A program made the translations under genes and the position numbers. The notes under the pieces are model-generated. The model saw only the letters and a list, made by a program, of their open reading frames with translations, was not told the origin of the DNA and did not search any database. Shown here piece after piece: positions 1 through 9,091 of a stretch of DNA of 64,000 nucleotides. The DNA is from Treponemataceae bacterium (GTDB taxonomy: Bacteria > Spirochaetota > Spirochaetia > Treponematales > Rectinemataceae): NCBI GenBank assembly GCA_963678065.2, contig CAXXVZ010000005.1, positions 320,001 to 384,000 on the forward strand, read 5' to 3'. Position 1 is the first letter of the stretch; every line of letters begins with the position of its first letter.

Positions 1-330
1 CGGCACGCCCCAGGGCACGAGGAGGATCGAATACAGGATTCTGAACCCTCGCCGGGCCTCGAAGAGGAGGGCCGCGAGGGAGTAGCCGAGCACGACGGAG
101 AGGAGCGTGGAGGCGACCGACCAGGCGAGGGTGATTCCGGCCGACATGGCGAAGGCCCTGTCCCCGAGGATGTAGGAATAGTTGTCGAAGCCGGCGAAGC
201 TGCGCTCGCCGAAGAAATCGTGGAAGAAGGAATCCTTGAGCGCCGAAAAAAACGGGAGGGCGCCCACGACCGCGAAGAGGAGGGCGAGGGGAACGAGCCC
301 CCAGGCCGACCTGTTTTTTCTGCGCGTCAC
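1..330 (-). CDS. Carbohydrate (CUT1/MalF-type) ABC permease, N-terminal part, runs off window edge
   Basis: Hand translation from GTG at 330: MTRRKNRSAWGLVPLALLFAVVGALPFFSALKDSFFHDFFGERSFAGFDNYSYILGDRAF...LLVPWGVP. The FAGFDNY and LVPWGVP motifs are typical of MalF/UgpA. Not in the ORF track. Confidence 0.85.
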   Translation of the reverse strand, partial: MTRRKNRSAWGLVPLALLFAVVGALPFFSALKDSFFHDFFGERSFAGFDNYSYILGDRAFAMSAGITLAWSVASTLLSVVLGYSLAALLFEARRGFRILYSILLVPWGVP

Positions 331-407
331 GGACAGCTTCTCCCGTTTCCCCTCCGACACTCCCGGTCCGGCCCTCGTGTCTGCCGTCGGGCCGGAGCAG
401 GAGTCGT

Positions 408-1931
408 TCAGAACTTCGCCTTGACGGACTTCAGCATCTTCACATTCTTGATGCCGGCGGGCACGAGGGCGGCGTTCTTGTCCCAGACCAGGGCGAGAGG
501 GAACTCGTCCTCGCCGAGATTCGCGCCGTTCTTGTACATGGCGATGATGAGATCGTCGTTGTGGTCCATCTCTTTCGCGTTCAGCGTGACGGTGAATCCG
601 TCCGCGGCGACGAAATCGACGGGATAGCCGGCGCGCGCGAGGGCGCTCTCGTAGGCGGGAATCGACTTGTCCTGCTTGTGCGGCGCGTTTTTCGGATCGT
701 CGACATAGCCGAGGATGAGCCAGGCCGGGAAGCCCGTGTAGCTCGCGCTCACTCCTTTGCGCTCGAAGGTCACGGTCTTGCCGTGGCAGCTCACGCAGCT
801 CTGGATCGTGGAGCGGTCGAGTTCGTGGCTCATCTTCCCCGAGAGGGAAATCCTGAAATCCTTGAAGTCCTTCTGCTTGACGACGATTTTCTTGACCATG
901 CGCACGGAGAGGTGGCCGTCGATATTCGGATTGCCCGCTCCGACCTTGATCGTGCGCACGTAGCCGGGATCCTTGGGCAGGGCCTCGCCGTCCATCATAA
1001 AGGCGAGAAGCCAGGTTCCGTCCGCCTCGTCCATGACGAGGGAGCCGGGGTAGGTCATCTCGTAGCCGTCCATGGCGACGAAGGTCACGGAGTCCTTGTC
1101 CGAGAGCTTCGTGAAGCGCTCGACGAGTGCGCGCAGCTTGACGCCGCCGTACACATTCGTGTATTTCGTGCCGGCGCTCGTCGTGTAGCTGCCCTTCGCC
1201 TCCATGTAGAGCTCGGAGGAGCGCAGGTCGTCGAGGGAATACGAGGCCTTCGTCCCGTTTATGTCGAGGTCGACGGAGAAGGCTTCGGTCGCGGTCTTCG
1301 CGGGATCGGGGGCGAGGCTCGTCTCGATGGCGACGAGGTCGCGGACCCAGAGATTCTTGGGCGAGTCACCGACGGTCTGGGGAGCGCCCCATTTCCCGTT
1401 TTCCTCGGTGGCGAGGATGAGGGCGTCGGGGGCGAGATCCTTCGTCGAGAAGGTGGCCGTGTAGCCGTCCTTCGAGACGAGGGTTACATCGTAGCCGGCC
1501 TTCCATTTAGCCTCGTCGAAGGAGTAGGGGGCGGCCGAATCGGCTCCGTCGACCATCGCGATGATCCTGGACAGGGGGACGCCGCGGTACTCGAACTTCA
1601 CCCCTTTTTTCTCGACCTGCCGCTTCACGGCCCCTGCGTTGAAAAGCTTCTCGTAATACGAGGTCACGAGGCTGTCGGCCCGGAGGCCGAGAAGCTTGAT
1701 CGTCCAGCCCTCCGTTTCTCCGGACGCGGCGGAGACCGCGTCGGGCGTCGCCTGGGCGAAGGCCGCGGCCGGCACGAGGGCGAGCATGACGAGGGCCGCC
1801 AGGGCCGCCGCCGCTAGGCGAGCCGTCAGGCGAGTCGCGGGGCGCGCGGCACGGCTCAGGGAGCCGGGAACGGCCCGGCGCGGGGTGCTGCCCGACGAGC
1901 GGAGCGTTTTTTCCATCCTGATTCTTTCCAT
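408..1931 (-). CDS. Secreted protein with three tandem molybdopterin-dependent oxidoreductase (sulfite-oxidase-like) domains and a CxxCH motif
   Basis: AAGGAGG SD before ATG 1931; signal peptide ending AAFA|QA. Three repeats of YxGxxL...V(S/A)xDG(Y/F)...L(I/L)A...VxxLxxI. CVSCH at 783-797. Confidence 0.75.
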   Translation of the reverse strand: MERIRMEKTLRSSGSTPRRAVPGSLSRAARPATRLTARLAAAALAALVMLALVPAAAFAQATPDAVSAASGETEGWTIKLLGLRADSLVTSYYEKLFNAGAVKRQVEKKGVKFEYRGVPLSRIIAMVDGADSAAPYSFDEAKWKAGYDVTLVSKDGYTATFSTKDLAPDALILATEENGKWGAPQTVGDSPKNLWVRDLVAIETSLAPDPAKTATEAFSVDLDINGTKASYSLDDLRSSELYMEAKGSYTTSAGTKYTNVYGGVKLRALVERFTKLSDKDSVTFVAMDGYEMTYPGSLVMDEADGTWLLAFMMDGEALPKDPGYVRTIKVGAGNPNIDGHLSVRMVKKIVVKQKDFKDFRISLSGKMSHELDRSTIQSCVSCHGKTVTFERKGVSASYTGFPAWLILGYVDDPKNAPHKQDKSIPAYESALARAGYPVDFVAADGFTVTLNAKEMDHNDDLIIAMYKNGANLGEDEFPLALVWDKNAALVPAGIKNVKMLKSVKAKF

Positions 1932-2037
1932 CGCTATTCCTCCTTGAAAATGTTGACCGACTTTTTCGCACACCGTGCCTGTGCGCTTCACGATTTACGC
2001 GCTCGCACCCGCGCGCGGGCTCTGTCCCTGCAGCCCC

Positions 2038-3648
2038 TTATTTCAGATTCTCCGCGATGAGCTTCGCGGCGGTTTTCTGCGTCGTCGCGACATCCATCTG
2101 CCCGGTGAGCAGAAAGCGCAAGAGCTTCCACATGACATTCTTGAAGGCGGCGTAGGATTCCGCGGGCGGAACGACAAGTCCCGTCTCGTAGCTGCGCATG
2201 AGTTGGGCGTAGTACTTGTTGTCGGTGCGGGCGGTTTCCATGGCCATGCGGCTCGCGGGCAGCTTGGAGAGCTTCGAGGTGAACGAGGCCTGAACGCCGG
2301 GCGATGTCATGTACTGGACGAGGCGGCGCGCGAGGACAGGCTTCGTCGTCCTGCGGCCGATGGCCAGTCCCTTGAAATCGAGGAGAGGCGCGAGAGCTTT
2401 GCCCGTCGCCGAAAGCACGGGATAGGGCGCGACACCGAAATCGATGCCGATCTTCGTGAACTCGGAAATGCTGTAGGAGCCCGACAGGATGAAGGCCGTC
2501 TTGCCCGAGGCAAACCAGGATATCATCGCGTCGCGCTCCGCCGGCTCGAGGAGGCCCCGCTTGTCGAGGTCGAGAAGGTAGGCGAGCGCCCTGGCCGTCG
2601 GCTCGTCGTCGACGGTGATCGATCCGTCAGGGTTCAGGATGGAGGGTTTGCCGAATCCCGCCATGAAGGGCAGGAGCCAGTAGGCCGAATACAGGTTCCA
2701 GGCCATGGGCGCCTTGAGGCCGGATCCGTCCGCCGCGCTGCTTGCGGCGATCTTCGTCGCCATGCGCTCCAGATCATCCGTCGTCCAGTCGTCGCGGACA
2801 GTCCCGCCTGTCAGTTTTTTGTTGTAGAACACGAGCTGGGCATCGAAATAGAAGGGTACGGCCCAGAATCTGCCCTCGTGGCGGAAAGCCTCGAAACCCT
2901 TGGGCACGAGGTCGTCGGTCCTGAGGTACTCCACCGACTGGATGACGCGCGCGGCGGCGAGGGCCGGGGCGTAGTCGGACTGGATCATGACGACGTCGGG
3001 GAGCGTGCCGCCGGCCCGCGCGACGGCGAGCAGCTTGGTCTGCGTGTTGGGAACATCCGTCACCCGCACGCTCAGCCCGTGCGAGGACGCAAAGCGGGCC
3101 ACTTCTTCCTTCAGCTCGGGCACGCCCTCCCAGGAAACCCATGCCTCGAGACTCTTCTCCGACAGGAGTTCGCCCGAGAGATCGACCCGCTCGACGGCCC
3201 GGAATCTCTCTGTCCCGACGACGAGGTCCCAGCCTCCCTTCGCCTCTGCGAGGTGGACCTCGAAAAGCCGCTCACCAAGGTCGTCGGATTCCCAGGCTTT
3301 TTTCCCCGTCGCGGAAGAGGCCTCGAGTCTCCAGACTTCGGCCATGAGGGGGCATATCTCGCCGAGCGCGACAGTTTTCTCGGGCGCAGGGGAAAGAAGG
3401 GAGGAGGCTGCGGCCGCACGCTGCTCGGGTTGCGCTGTGCGTTGCTCGGGTTGCGCCGCGTCCTGTCCCCGCGGCACGGCGAGGACGAGAGGACGGGCCA
3501 GGGATTTCAACTCCGCCGCGGTGACCGAGCGGATGATCTTTCCGCCCAGCCCGATGTCGAGGGCGCGAACGCCCGTCGGCAGAAAAAACAGGAAAAAGAT
3601 GATGCAGGCCTGAGCGCAGGCCGAGAGGAAGAGACTTCGCTCCCGCAC
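2038..3648 (-). CDS. Extracellular solute-binding protein (MalE/family 1) with extra N-terminal domain
   Basis: C-terminal ~370 aa has PDVV, WAVPFYFD...FYNK, GxTAFILSG and FGVAPYP motifs of CUT1 SBPs. GTG start after AAGGAGG. Confidence 0.85.
   Translation of the reverse strand: MRERSLFLSACAQACIIFFLFFLPTGVRALDIGLGGKIIRSVTAAELKSLARPLVLAVPRGQDAAQPEQRTAQPEQRAAAASSLLSPAPEKTVALGEICPLMAEVWRLEASSATGKKAWESDDLGERLFEVHLAEAKGGWDLVVGTERFRAVERVDLSGELLSEKSLEAWVSWEGVPELKEEVARFASSHGLSVRVTDVPNTQTKLLAVARAGGTLPDVVMIQSDYAPALAAARVIQSVEYLRTDDLVPKGFEAFRHEGRFWAVPFYFDAQLVFYNKKLTGGTVRDDWTTDDLERMATKIAASSAADGSGLKAPMAWNLYSAYWLLPFMAGFGKPSILNPDGSITVDDEPTARALAYLLDLDKRGLLEPAERDAMISWFASGKTAFILSGSYSISEFTKIGIDFGVAPYPVLSATGKALAPLLDFKGLAIGRRTTKPVLARRLVQYMTSPGVQASFTSKLSKLPASRMAMETARTDNKYYAQLMRSYETGLVVPPAESYAAFKNVMWKLLRFLLTGQMDVATTQKTAAKLIAENLK
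3420..3461. repeat. Imperfect 21-bp tandem duplication encoding AQPEQRT/AQPEQRA
   Basis: gctgctcgggttgcgc at 3420 and gttgctcgggttgcgc at 3441. Confidence 0.8.
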
Positions 3649-3650
3649 GG

Positions 3651-3761
3651 GATCCTCCTTCTCAAGGGTGGAAGGCGCGGAGGTTTCCCCCGGCACCCGA
3701 TGGCTTCTCGTCCGTGGGCCGCCCTTTCAGGCGGCTGTTAGGTCCGGAAGCTCGAAGGATC
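3651..3761 (-). ncRNA. Moco/Wco (molybdenum/tungsten cofactor) riboswitch-like leader, P3-less type
   Basis: Minus-strand RNA GAUCCUUCGAGCUUCCGGACCUAACAGCCGCCUGAAAGGGCGGCCCACGGACGAGAAGCCAUCGGGUGCCGGGGGAAACCUCCGCGCCUUCCACCCUUGAGAAGGAGGAUC. P1 GAUCCUUC/GGAGGAUC covers the SD; P2 carries a CCUAAC..CACGG tetraloop-receptor-like element; P4 ends in a GAAA loop. Confidence 0.75.
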
Positions 3762-3842
3762 GTATCGCTATTTTTATATCCGCAATCGCCTCGGGACCGC
3801 AAGTCCGCTCCCGCCTCACAGGCTGTCTGCGCTCTCCGGAAC

Positions 3843-5759
3843 TCAGTCCGCGGAATTCCCGATTTCTTCCTCGTCGCGCGGGGCGAAGTCTTCCAGCCAG
3901 CTTTTGGTCGCGGCTTCCGTCATGGGGCGGGCGTAGAGATAGCCCTGAATGTAGCGGGCCCCGTTCTCCAGGGCCCGTGACAGGATGCGCTTATCGCTCA
4001 CATGCTCCGCGACGATTTCGAGCCCCGACACTGAGCAGAAGGCCGCCATACCCCTGAGCAGGACAACGGCATCCTCGCGCTCCGCGGTCTCTTTCATGAT
4101 GGAGCCCGCGATCTTCACGGCGTCGAAGCCTGCCCCCAGAAGACTGGCATAGTTGGAGTACCCCGACCCGAAATCGTCGAGGTACACGAGACCTCCCGCC
4201 TCGTGCACAGAACGGATGAAGGTATCGACGCGCGAATGATCGCGGAATGTGTCATGCTCTGTGAGTTCCACGATGAGGCGCCCGGGCTTTCCCGCAGGTT
4301 TTTCCGGACGACCCGGGAGTTCTGTTCCTTCCGCTGTTCCGGAGAGCTCTCTGCAGCAGCGGCAGATCCGCTCGACGTATACGGGACGCTCGAGATCCTC
4401 GTACGTTATGTTGAAGCTCACCGGAAGCCCCGACTCCGAAGCCATAGCCCGGGCGCGGTCCAGGATGAACTCGGATATCCGCGGGCCGAGACCGAACTGC
4501 CGCGCCGCCGCAAGATATGGCTCCACCGATTCGAGGCCACTGGCCGTCCGCACGCGGGTCAGGGCCTCGATGAATCCCACACGGCTGGTGCGGGCATCCC
4601 AGACAGGCTGGAAAACCGCCTCGAAACCTCCCGAAGCCAAGGCTCTGAAAAGAACGGCCGCCCTGAGGGCGAGTTCCCCTCCCCCGTTGCCTTCGACCGG
4701 AGAATCGGAGAAAAACCACTTCCTTCCCGCGAAAAGACAATCCTCGAGGATGGAATAGGCCCCATCGAGGGCGAGGACCGCGTCCCCGCCCCGGCTGCGG
4801 AAGGCAGCGACGCAGGGGCAGAAGCGTGCCGGAGAGGATTCGAGGACACACTCGGTCTCGAAATGCTCCACGAGATTCCCGAGCAGCTCTCCGGCATCGG
4901 AGGAAGCGGGAAGCACAAAGACGAAATCCATATCCGAAATCCTGTACGGACCGCGCATCCCCCCGACACGGATACACTCTTTCAAAAGCCCGGAAACCCT
5001 GCGCGCCGCCTTTCCCGGCTCCATCGACAGCGCGATCTCCAGATCCCGGAGTGTCGCAAAGTGCATCAGGCAGAGTACATCCCCCGCGCCGATTTCGCCC
5101 CGCAGGAAGGCCGCCTGGTTCGGCAGCCCCGTCGTCTGGTCGATGTAGTGCCGGTCCAGGATGAAGCGGATCGACCTACCCTGCCGCCTTTCGTTCGCCT
5201 CCGCGATCTCGACCTGGAAAAGGATGGCTACCATCGCCATGCAGTAGGTCACGAGCGGAAATTCCATGTTCGCCCGGCCTATCCAGCCCGAATGACGTGC
5301 GAACCACAGAGACGTCACAAAAAGCGCGAGGCTCCCGCTCGCCCCGCGTCCCCAGCGCGAACCTCCGAGCAGGTAGGTGAAGGGCACGAAGCAGAAGAAA
5401 ATGACAATGTGGACGTTGCGCGAGCTTGGAAGGAAAAGCCCCGCAAAAATGCCTGCGAGGACAAAGGCGAGCACGAGGGATTGGGCCAGGACTGTCAGCC
5501 CTATCTTCCTGACAGTGAAGAAGATGGCAAAAATGGCGAGGAGGGCCGCCGCATAGCTCGCTGTGGCAGAAAAATCACCTTTTATACAGTCCGTGATGAA
5601 AAACGAGATCGGGAAAAGACTCGATACCGAGAGAGAGACGAGGGCCACTCTGAGAGAATCGCTTTTGTTGGACTCACGGATGCGTCCGAAAGCCGCCTCC
5701 GTGAGGAAATCGTGCTCGGGAATAGCCGCTTCCAGGTTTTCGGAAGAGTCTTTTTGCAT
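3843..5759 (-). CDS. Membrane-bound EAL c-di-GMP phosphodiesterase with degenerate GGDEF domain
   Basis: N-terminal TM helices; DQTTGLPN start of a GGDEF domain whose motif is degenerate (RISDMDF); EALTR, VELTE, DDFGSGYS, AEHV, IQGY. Confidence 0.88.
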   Translation of the reverse strand: MQKDSSENLEAAIPEHDFLTEAAFGRIRESNKSDSLRVALVSLSVSSLFPISFFITDCIKGDFSATASYAAALLAIFAIFFTVRKIGLTVLAQSLVLAFVLAGIFAGLFLPSSRNVHIVIFFCFVPFTYLLGGSRWGRGASGSLALFVTSLWFARHSGWIGRANMEFPLVTYCMAMVAILFQVEIAEANERRQGRSIRFILDRHYIDQTTGLPNQAAFLRGEIGAGDVLCLMHFATLRDLEIALSMEPGKAARRVSGLLKECIRVGGMRGPYRISDMDFVFVLPASSDAGELLGNLVEHFETECVLESSPARFCPCVAAFRSRGGDAVLALDGAYSILEDCLFAGRKWFFSDSPVEGNGGGELALRAAVLFRALASGGFEAVFQPVWDARTSRVGFIEALTRVRTASGLESVEPYLAAARQFGLGPRISEFILDRARAMASESGLPVSFNITYEDLERPVYVERICRCCRELSGTAEGTELPGRPEKPAGKPGRLIVELTEHDTFRDHSRVDTFIRSVHEAGGLVYLDDFGSGYSNYASLLGAGFDAVKIAGSIMKETAEREDAVVLLRGMAAFCSVSGLEIVAEHVSDKRILSRALENGARYIQGYLYARPMTEAATKSWLEDFAPRDEEEIGNSAD

Positions 5760-5872
5760 AGTTTGCCGATTTTAGCATCAAAGCGAAGGCGATGAGCAAA
5801 AAAAAATGAAATTTATCTTTCATCAAAAATGGATATTCTGGAGTATCTATAGAGAGGAAAAGTCCTTTCGAC

Positions 5873-8086
5873 TCAATAATCGGCAATCATCGCGATGAAT
5901 GCCTCCCCGACGCGGGGATCGAAATGTTTTCCGATCTGCGACTTGATGTGCTCGAGAGTCTTTTCGCGCGTCCAGGCCGCGCGGTATGGCCTGTCGCTGG
6001 TGAGCGCGTCCCACACATCGACGATGGCGAAAATCCTGGCCGCCATCGGTATGGCCTCACCGGCGAGCCCCTTGGGGTATCCCGACCCGTCCCACTTCTC
6101 GTGGTGGCCGTAGGGAATCTCGAGGGCGGGCCTGAGGTAGGCGACCGGAGAGAGCATCCCGACCGCAAAATCGGGATGGCGTTTCATGATGGCCCACTCC
6201 TCCTCGGTGAGGGGACCGGGCTTGAGAAGAACCGAATCGGGCACACCGACCTTTCCGATATCGTGGAGCAGTGCCCCGCGCTTCAGGTGCACGAGGGCTT
6301 CGCCCTCGATTCCCAGCTTCCGCGCGAGCGCCAGAGCGAGTTCGGTGACACGCCGCGAGTGGCCCTCGGTGTCCTTGTCCCGGAGGTCCATCGCGCGCGA
6401 CCAGCCCTCGATCGTGGCGTCGTAGGCCACGGCGAGCTCTTCCCGCGCCTTCTGTTCGTTGTGGTACATTGTCTTGTTGTCGATGGCGATGGCGGCCTGC
6501 CGGGCTATCGTCTCGAAGAATCCGAGCCATTCCGGCCCCGAGGACAAGGCAGTCCGCGGATAGATACCCATGGCCCCGAGCAGCTTGGACTGCACGATGA
6601 GGGGAGTACTGTGACACGCCGTGAACCCTTCGTCGCGGAGCAGCCTGGCAAAACCGGAATCGGGATCCAGATCGGAAAAATCGGAGACGCTCACGGTTTT
6701 CCGCTCCGATGCGGCGATGCCGATATATGGCTGACCCAGCGCGACGCGTTCGCCCGGCGGGCTCTTTGTGCGGAAACCCTTCGAGACGGCCAGACGCAGA
6801 TAGTCGCCGTCTTCGTCGAGAAGAAAGATGGATGCGGCGTCGGCCCGCAGAAGAGCCATCGCCTGGTCCAGAATGAGACCGAGGGTCGCGCCGAGGTCCA
6901 CAGCACCGCTTATCGACTCGTCGATGAGGGAAAGAGCTGTCAGCTTGCGCAGGCGATCCTCGGTCTCCTCCCGAAGTTCCGCGAGATGGAGGGCATTGGC
7001 GACGATGCGGGCGACGAGGAGGAGTATGTCGAGCTCGTCTGGCTCGGGCTCCGCCTTCCTGTTCACGACTATGTCCCCGAGATACCGGTTGTGGGCGTCG
7101 AGGGGGAGCCTGATCTGGATCGGCCCGGAACTGCCATCAGGAGAATGGTCCGAAGCGGGGAGGTCGACGATCCCGCCGGCCTTGGCCCGCGTGTCGTCGA
7201 ACCGCGCCGATTCGGTTCCATCCAGCTCTTCCAGCAGGGCGAGCGTGCCGGACAGTATTCCGTCCCGGCTCCGGTTATCGCGGAGGACGGCGCTGATTTT
7301 TACTTCCATTTCGAGCTCCCGCTCGGAAATGCTGCTCTCCGTGATGTCGCGGATGTAGCCTCCGATCATGGTCTCGTCGCCCATGACGATGGGGAATTTT
7401 CTGGATTCGAAGATGCGTCCGCGAAGCCTCTCGATATCCGTGACGATGCCTGAGCCGGCGAGGACGGCCTTGTCGCCCTGCGCACACTGCGCGGCCAAGG
7501 CAGCCGGCAGGAGATCGGTCACCATCCTGCCGAGTATTTCCGGCTCGGGCCTGCGGTAGTAGTTCTCCGCGGCCTTGTTTATCATGACGAAGCGGCCGGA
7601 ATGATCCTTTATGAAGACGACATCCAGATTCGCGTCCGCGAAGGCCCGGTACTTGGCCTCGCTCGCCCTGAGAGCCGCTTCGGCCTCCCGCGCTTCCTGC
7701 TTGCGCCGTCGCGCCTCGAGAGCATGCCGCACGGCCCGTCCGACGCGGGAAAGGTTGTCCTTGGAGACGTAATCGTAGGCACCGCGGCGGAGGACATCGA
7801 TGGCGGCTTCCTCGCCGATCTTGCCGGATACGATGATGAAAGGAAGATCGAGGGACTTTTCGTTCAGCAGCCCGAGAGCCTCGAGCCCTCCGAATCCGGG
7901 AAGAGACCAGTCCGAGAGGATGATGTCGGGCAGAGGGAGGTTTTTCAGGGCTTCAAGGTAATCGCTGCGGTTGTCGACCCTCCGGTGGACAGGGCTGAAT
8001 CCTTCTTCTTCCAGGCGCATGAGGAGGAGCTCCGCGTCGTCCGGACTATCTTCGACGATCAGAAGTCTGAGCGGAGTTCCCTGCAT
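5873..8086 (-). CDS. REC-PAS-GAF-HD-GYP c-di-GMP phosphodiesterase response regulator
   Basis: LLIVEDS..DIILSD receiver; PAS (VVFIKD); GAF; HDIGK and HHEKWDGSGYP. Start uncertain (8086 or TTG 8113). Confidence 0.92.
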   Translation of the reverse strand: MQGTPLRLLIVEDSPDDAELLLMRLEEEGFSPVHRRVDNRSDYLEALKNLPLPDIILSDWSLPGFGGLEALGLLNEKSLDLPFIIVSGKIGEEAAIDVLRRGAYDYVSKDNLSRVGRAVRHALEARRRKQEAREAEAALRASEAKYRAFADANLDVVFIKDHSGRFVMINKAAENYYRRPEPEILGRMVTDLLPAALAAQCAQGDKAVLAGSGIVTDIERLRGRIFESRKFPIVMGDETMIGGYIRDITESSISERELEMEVKISAVLRDNRSRDGILSGTLALLEELDGTESARFDDTRAKAGGIVDLPASDHSPDGSSGPIQIRLPLDAHNRYLGDIVVNRKAEPEPDELDILLLVARIVANALHLAELREETEDRLRKLTALSLIDESISGAVDLGATLGLILDQAMALLRADAASIFLLDEDGDYLRLAVSKGFRTKSPPGERVALGQPYIGIAASERKTVSVSDFSDLDPDSGFARLLRDEGFTACHSTPLIVQSKLLGAMGIYPRTALSSGPEWLGFFETIARQAAIAIDNKTMYHNEQKAREELAVAYDATIEGWSRAMDLRDKDTEGHSRRVTELALALARKLGIEGEALVHLKRGALLHDIGKVGVPDSVLLKPGPLTEEEWAIMKRHPDFAVGMLSPVAYLRPALEIPYGHHEKWDGSGYPKGLAGEAIPMAARIFAIVDVWDALTSDRPYRAAWTREKTLEHIKSQIGKHFDPRVGEAFIAMIADY

Positions 8087-8260
8087 CCCGGCCCGATTCC
8101 CGACATCGGCCAACAGTTCCCCCTTGGCTATGAGTAATTTGAGTATCGCGCAGACAGGACATGAATGCAATGTTATTTGCAATTGCCGGACGCAAAAACA
8201 CCCTTGCATTCCCTCCGGTTTGGTTTACACTTTATCCATATTGCAGGGAAGGAGAAACGG

Positions 8261-9091
8261 ATGGCCCCCAGGATCAGGCCCCCCGCGGTCGCGGGTATGT
8301 TCTACCCCGCTTCAGCGGAAGGATTACGCAGAAGCATCGGACAGCTCCTCTCCGAGGCTGCCCGTGGTCTGGCGGATTTCGCCGGATTCCACGGAGCGCT
8401 CCGGGCATTGATCGTGCCCCACGCCGGTTATCCCTACTCCGGATCGACGGCCGCCGCCGCCTACAAATCCCTCGCGACTCTCGGCAGGGACATAAGGAGC
8501 GCGGCGATATTCGGACCTGCGCACCGCGTCGCCACACCCGGCCTGGCCCTCTCCTCCTGGGAGGCCTTCGCCACACCCCTCGGAGAGCTCCCCGTGGATC
8601 GCGCAATGACGGAATTGCTTCTGTCCCTTCCCTTCGTCCACACGAATGACGCGGCCCACGCGCGGGAGCACTCGATCGAAGTGCAGCTCCCCTTCCTGCA
8701 GACGGTCCTCCCCGGCATCACGATCCTCCCCATCGTCGTCGGCGGCGCCAGGCCGGCTGAAATCGCCGAGGCGATCGAAATGCTCTGGAACCAGGAGGGA
8801 ACCCTCGTCATCGTGTCGTCGGATCTGAGCCACTACCTTCCCCAGGAAGAGGCAGTCCTCATCGACTCCGCGACGGCCCTCCAGATAGAGGATCTCGACG
8901 CGCGTCTCGATCAGGAACAGGCCTGCGGGGCGGCGGCCATCAACGGACTCTTGATCGCGGCGCGGAACCGCCGCATGCATGCGCGGAAGATCGACATCCG
9001 CACATCCGCCGACACGGCGGGCGATGCCTCCAGCGTCGTCGGCTACGCCTCGTTCGGCTTCTGCGAAGGGAGCCACCCCGATGAGCGATGA
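8261..9091 (+). CDS. amrB: AmmeMemoRadiSam system protein B (MEMO1 family)
   Basis: RPPAVAGMFYP, VPHAGYPYSG, EHSIEVQLPFLQ, SSDLSHY, VVGYAS. Confidence 0.93.
   Translation: MAPRIRPPAVAGMFYPASAEGLRRSIGQLLSEAARGLADFAGFHGALRALIVPHAGYPYSGSTAAAAYKSLATLGRDIRSAAIFGPAHRVATPGLALSSWEAFATPLGELPVDRAMTELLLSLPFVHTNDAAHAREHSIEVQLPFLQTVLPGITILPIVVGGARPAEIAEAIEMLWNQEGTLVIVSSDLSHYLPQEEAVLIDSATALQIEDLDARLDQEQACGAAAINGLLIAARNRRMHARKIDIRTSADTAGDASSVVGYASFGFCEGSHPDER

Noticed and set aside
1860..1895. Twin-arginine (TPRRAV) as Tat signal of the triple-domain protein
   Set aside because: Lacks the RRxFLK consensus and sits far from the hydrophobic core; cannot be supported without a predictor.
561..3741. Long plus-strand ORFs 561-1817 and 1975-3741
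   Set aside because: Antisense shadows of real minus-strand genes caused by GC-rich codon bias; no motifs.
8180..8215. GGACGCAAA upstream of c-di-GMP genes as a possible c-di-GMP-I riboswitch
   Set aside because: The preceding GGCAAA/GNRA stem and second hairpin are missing.
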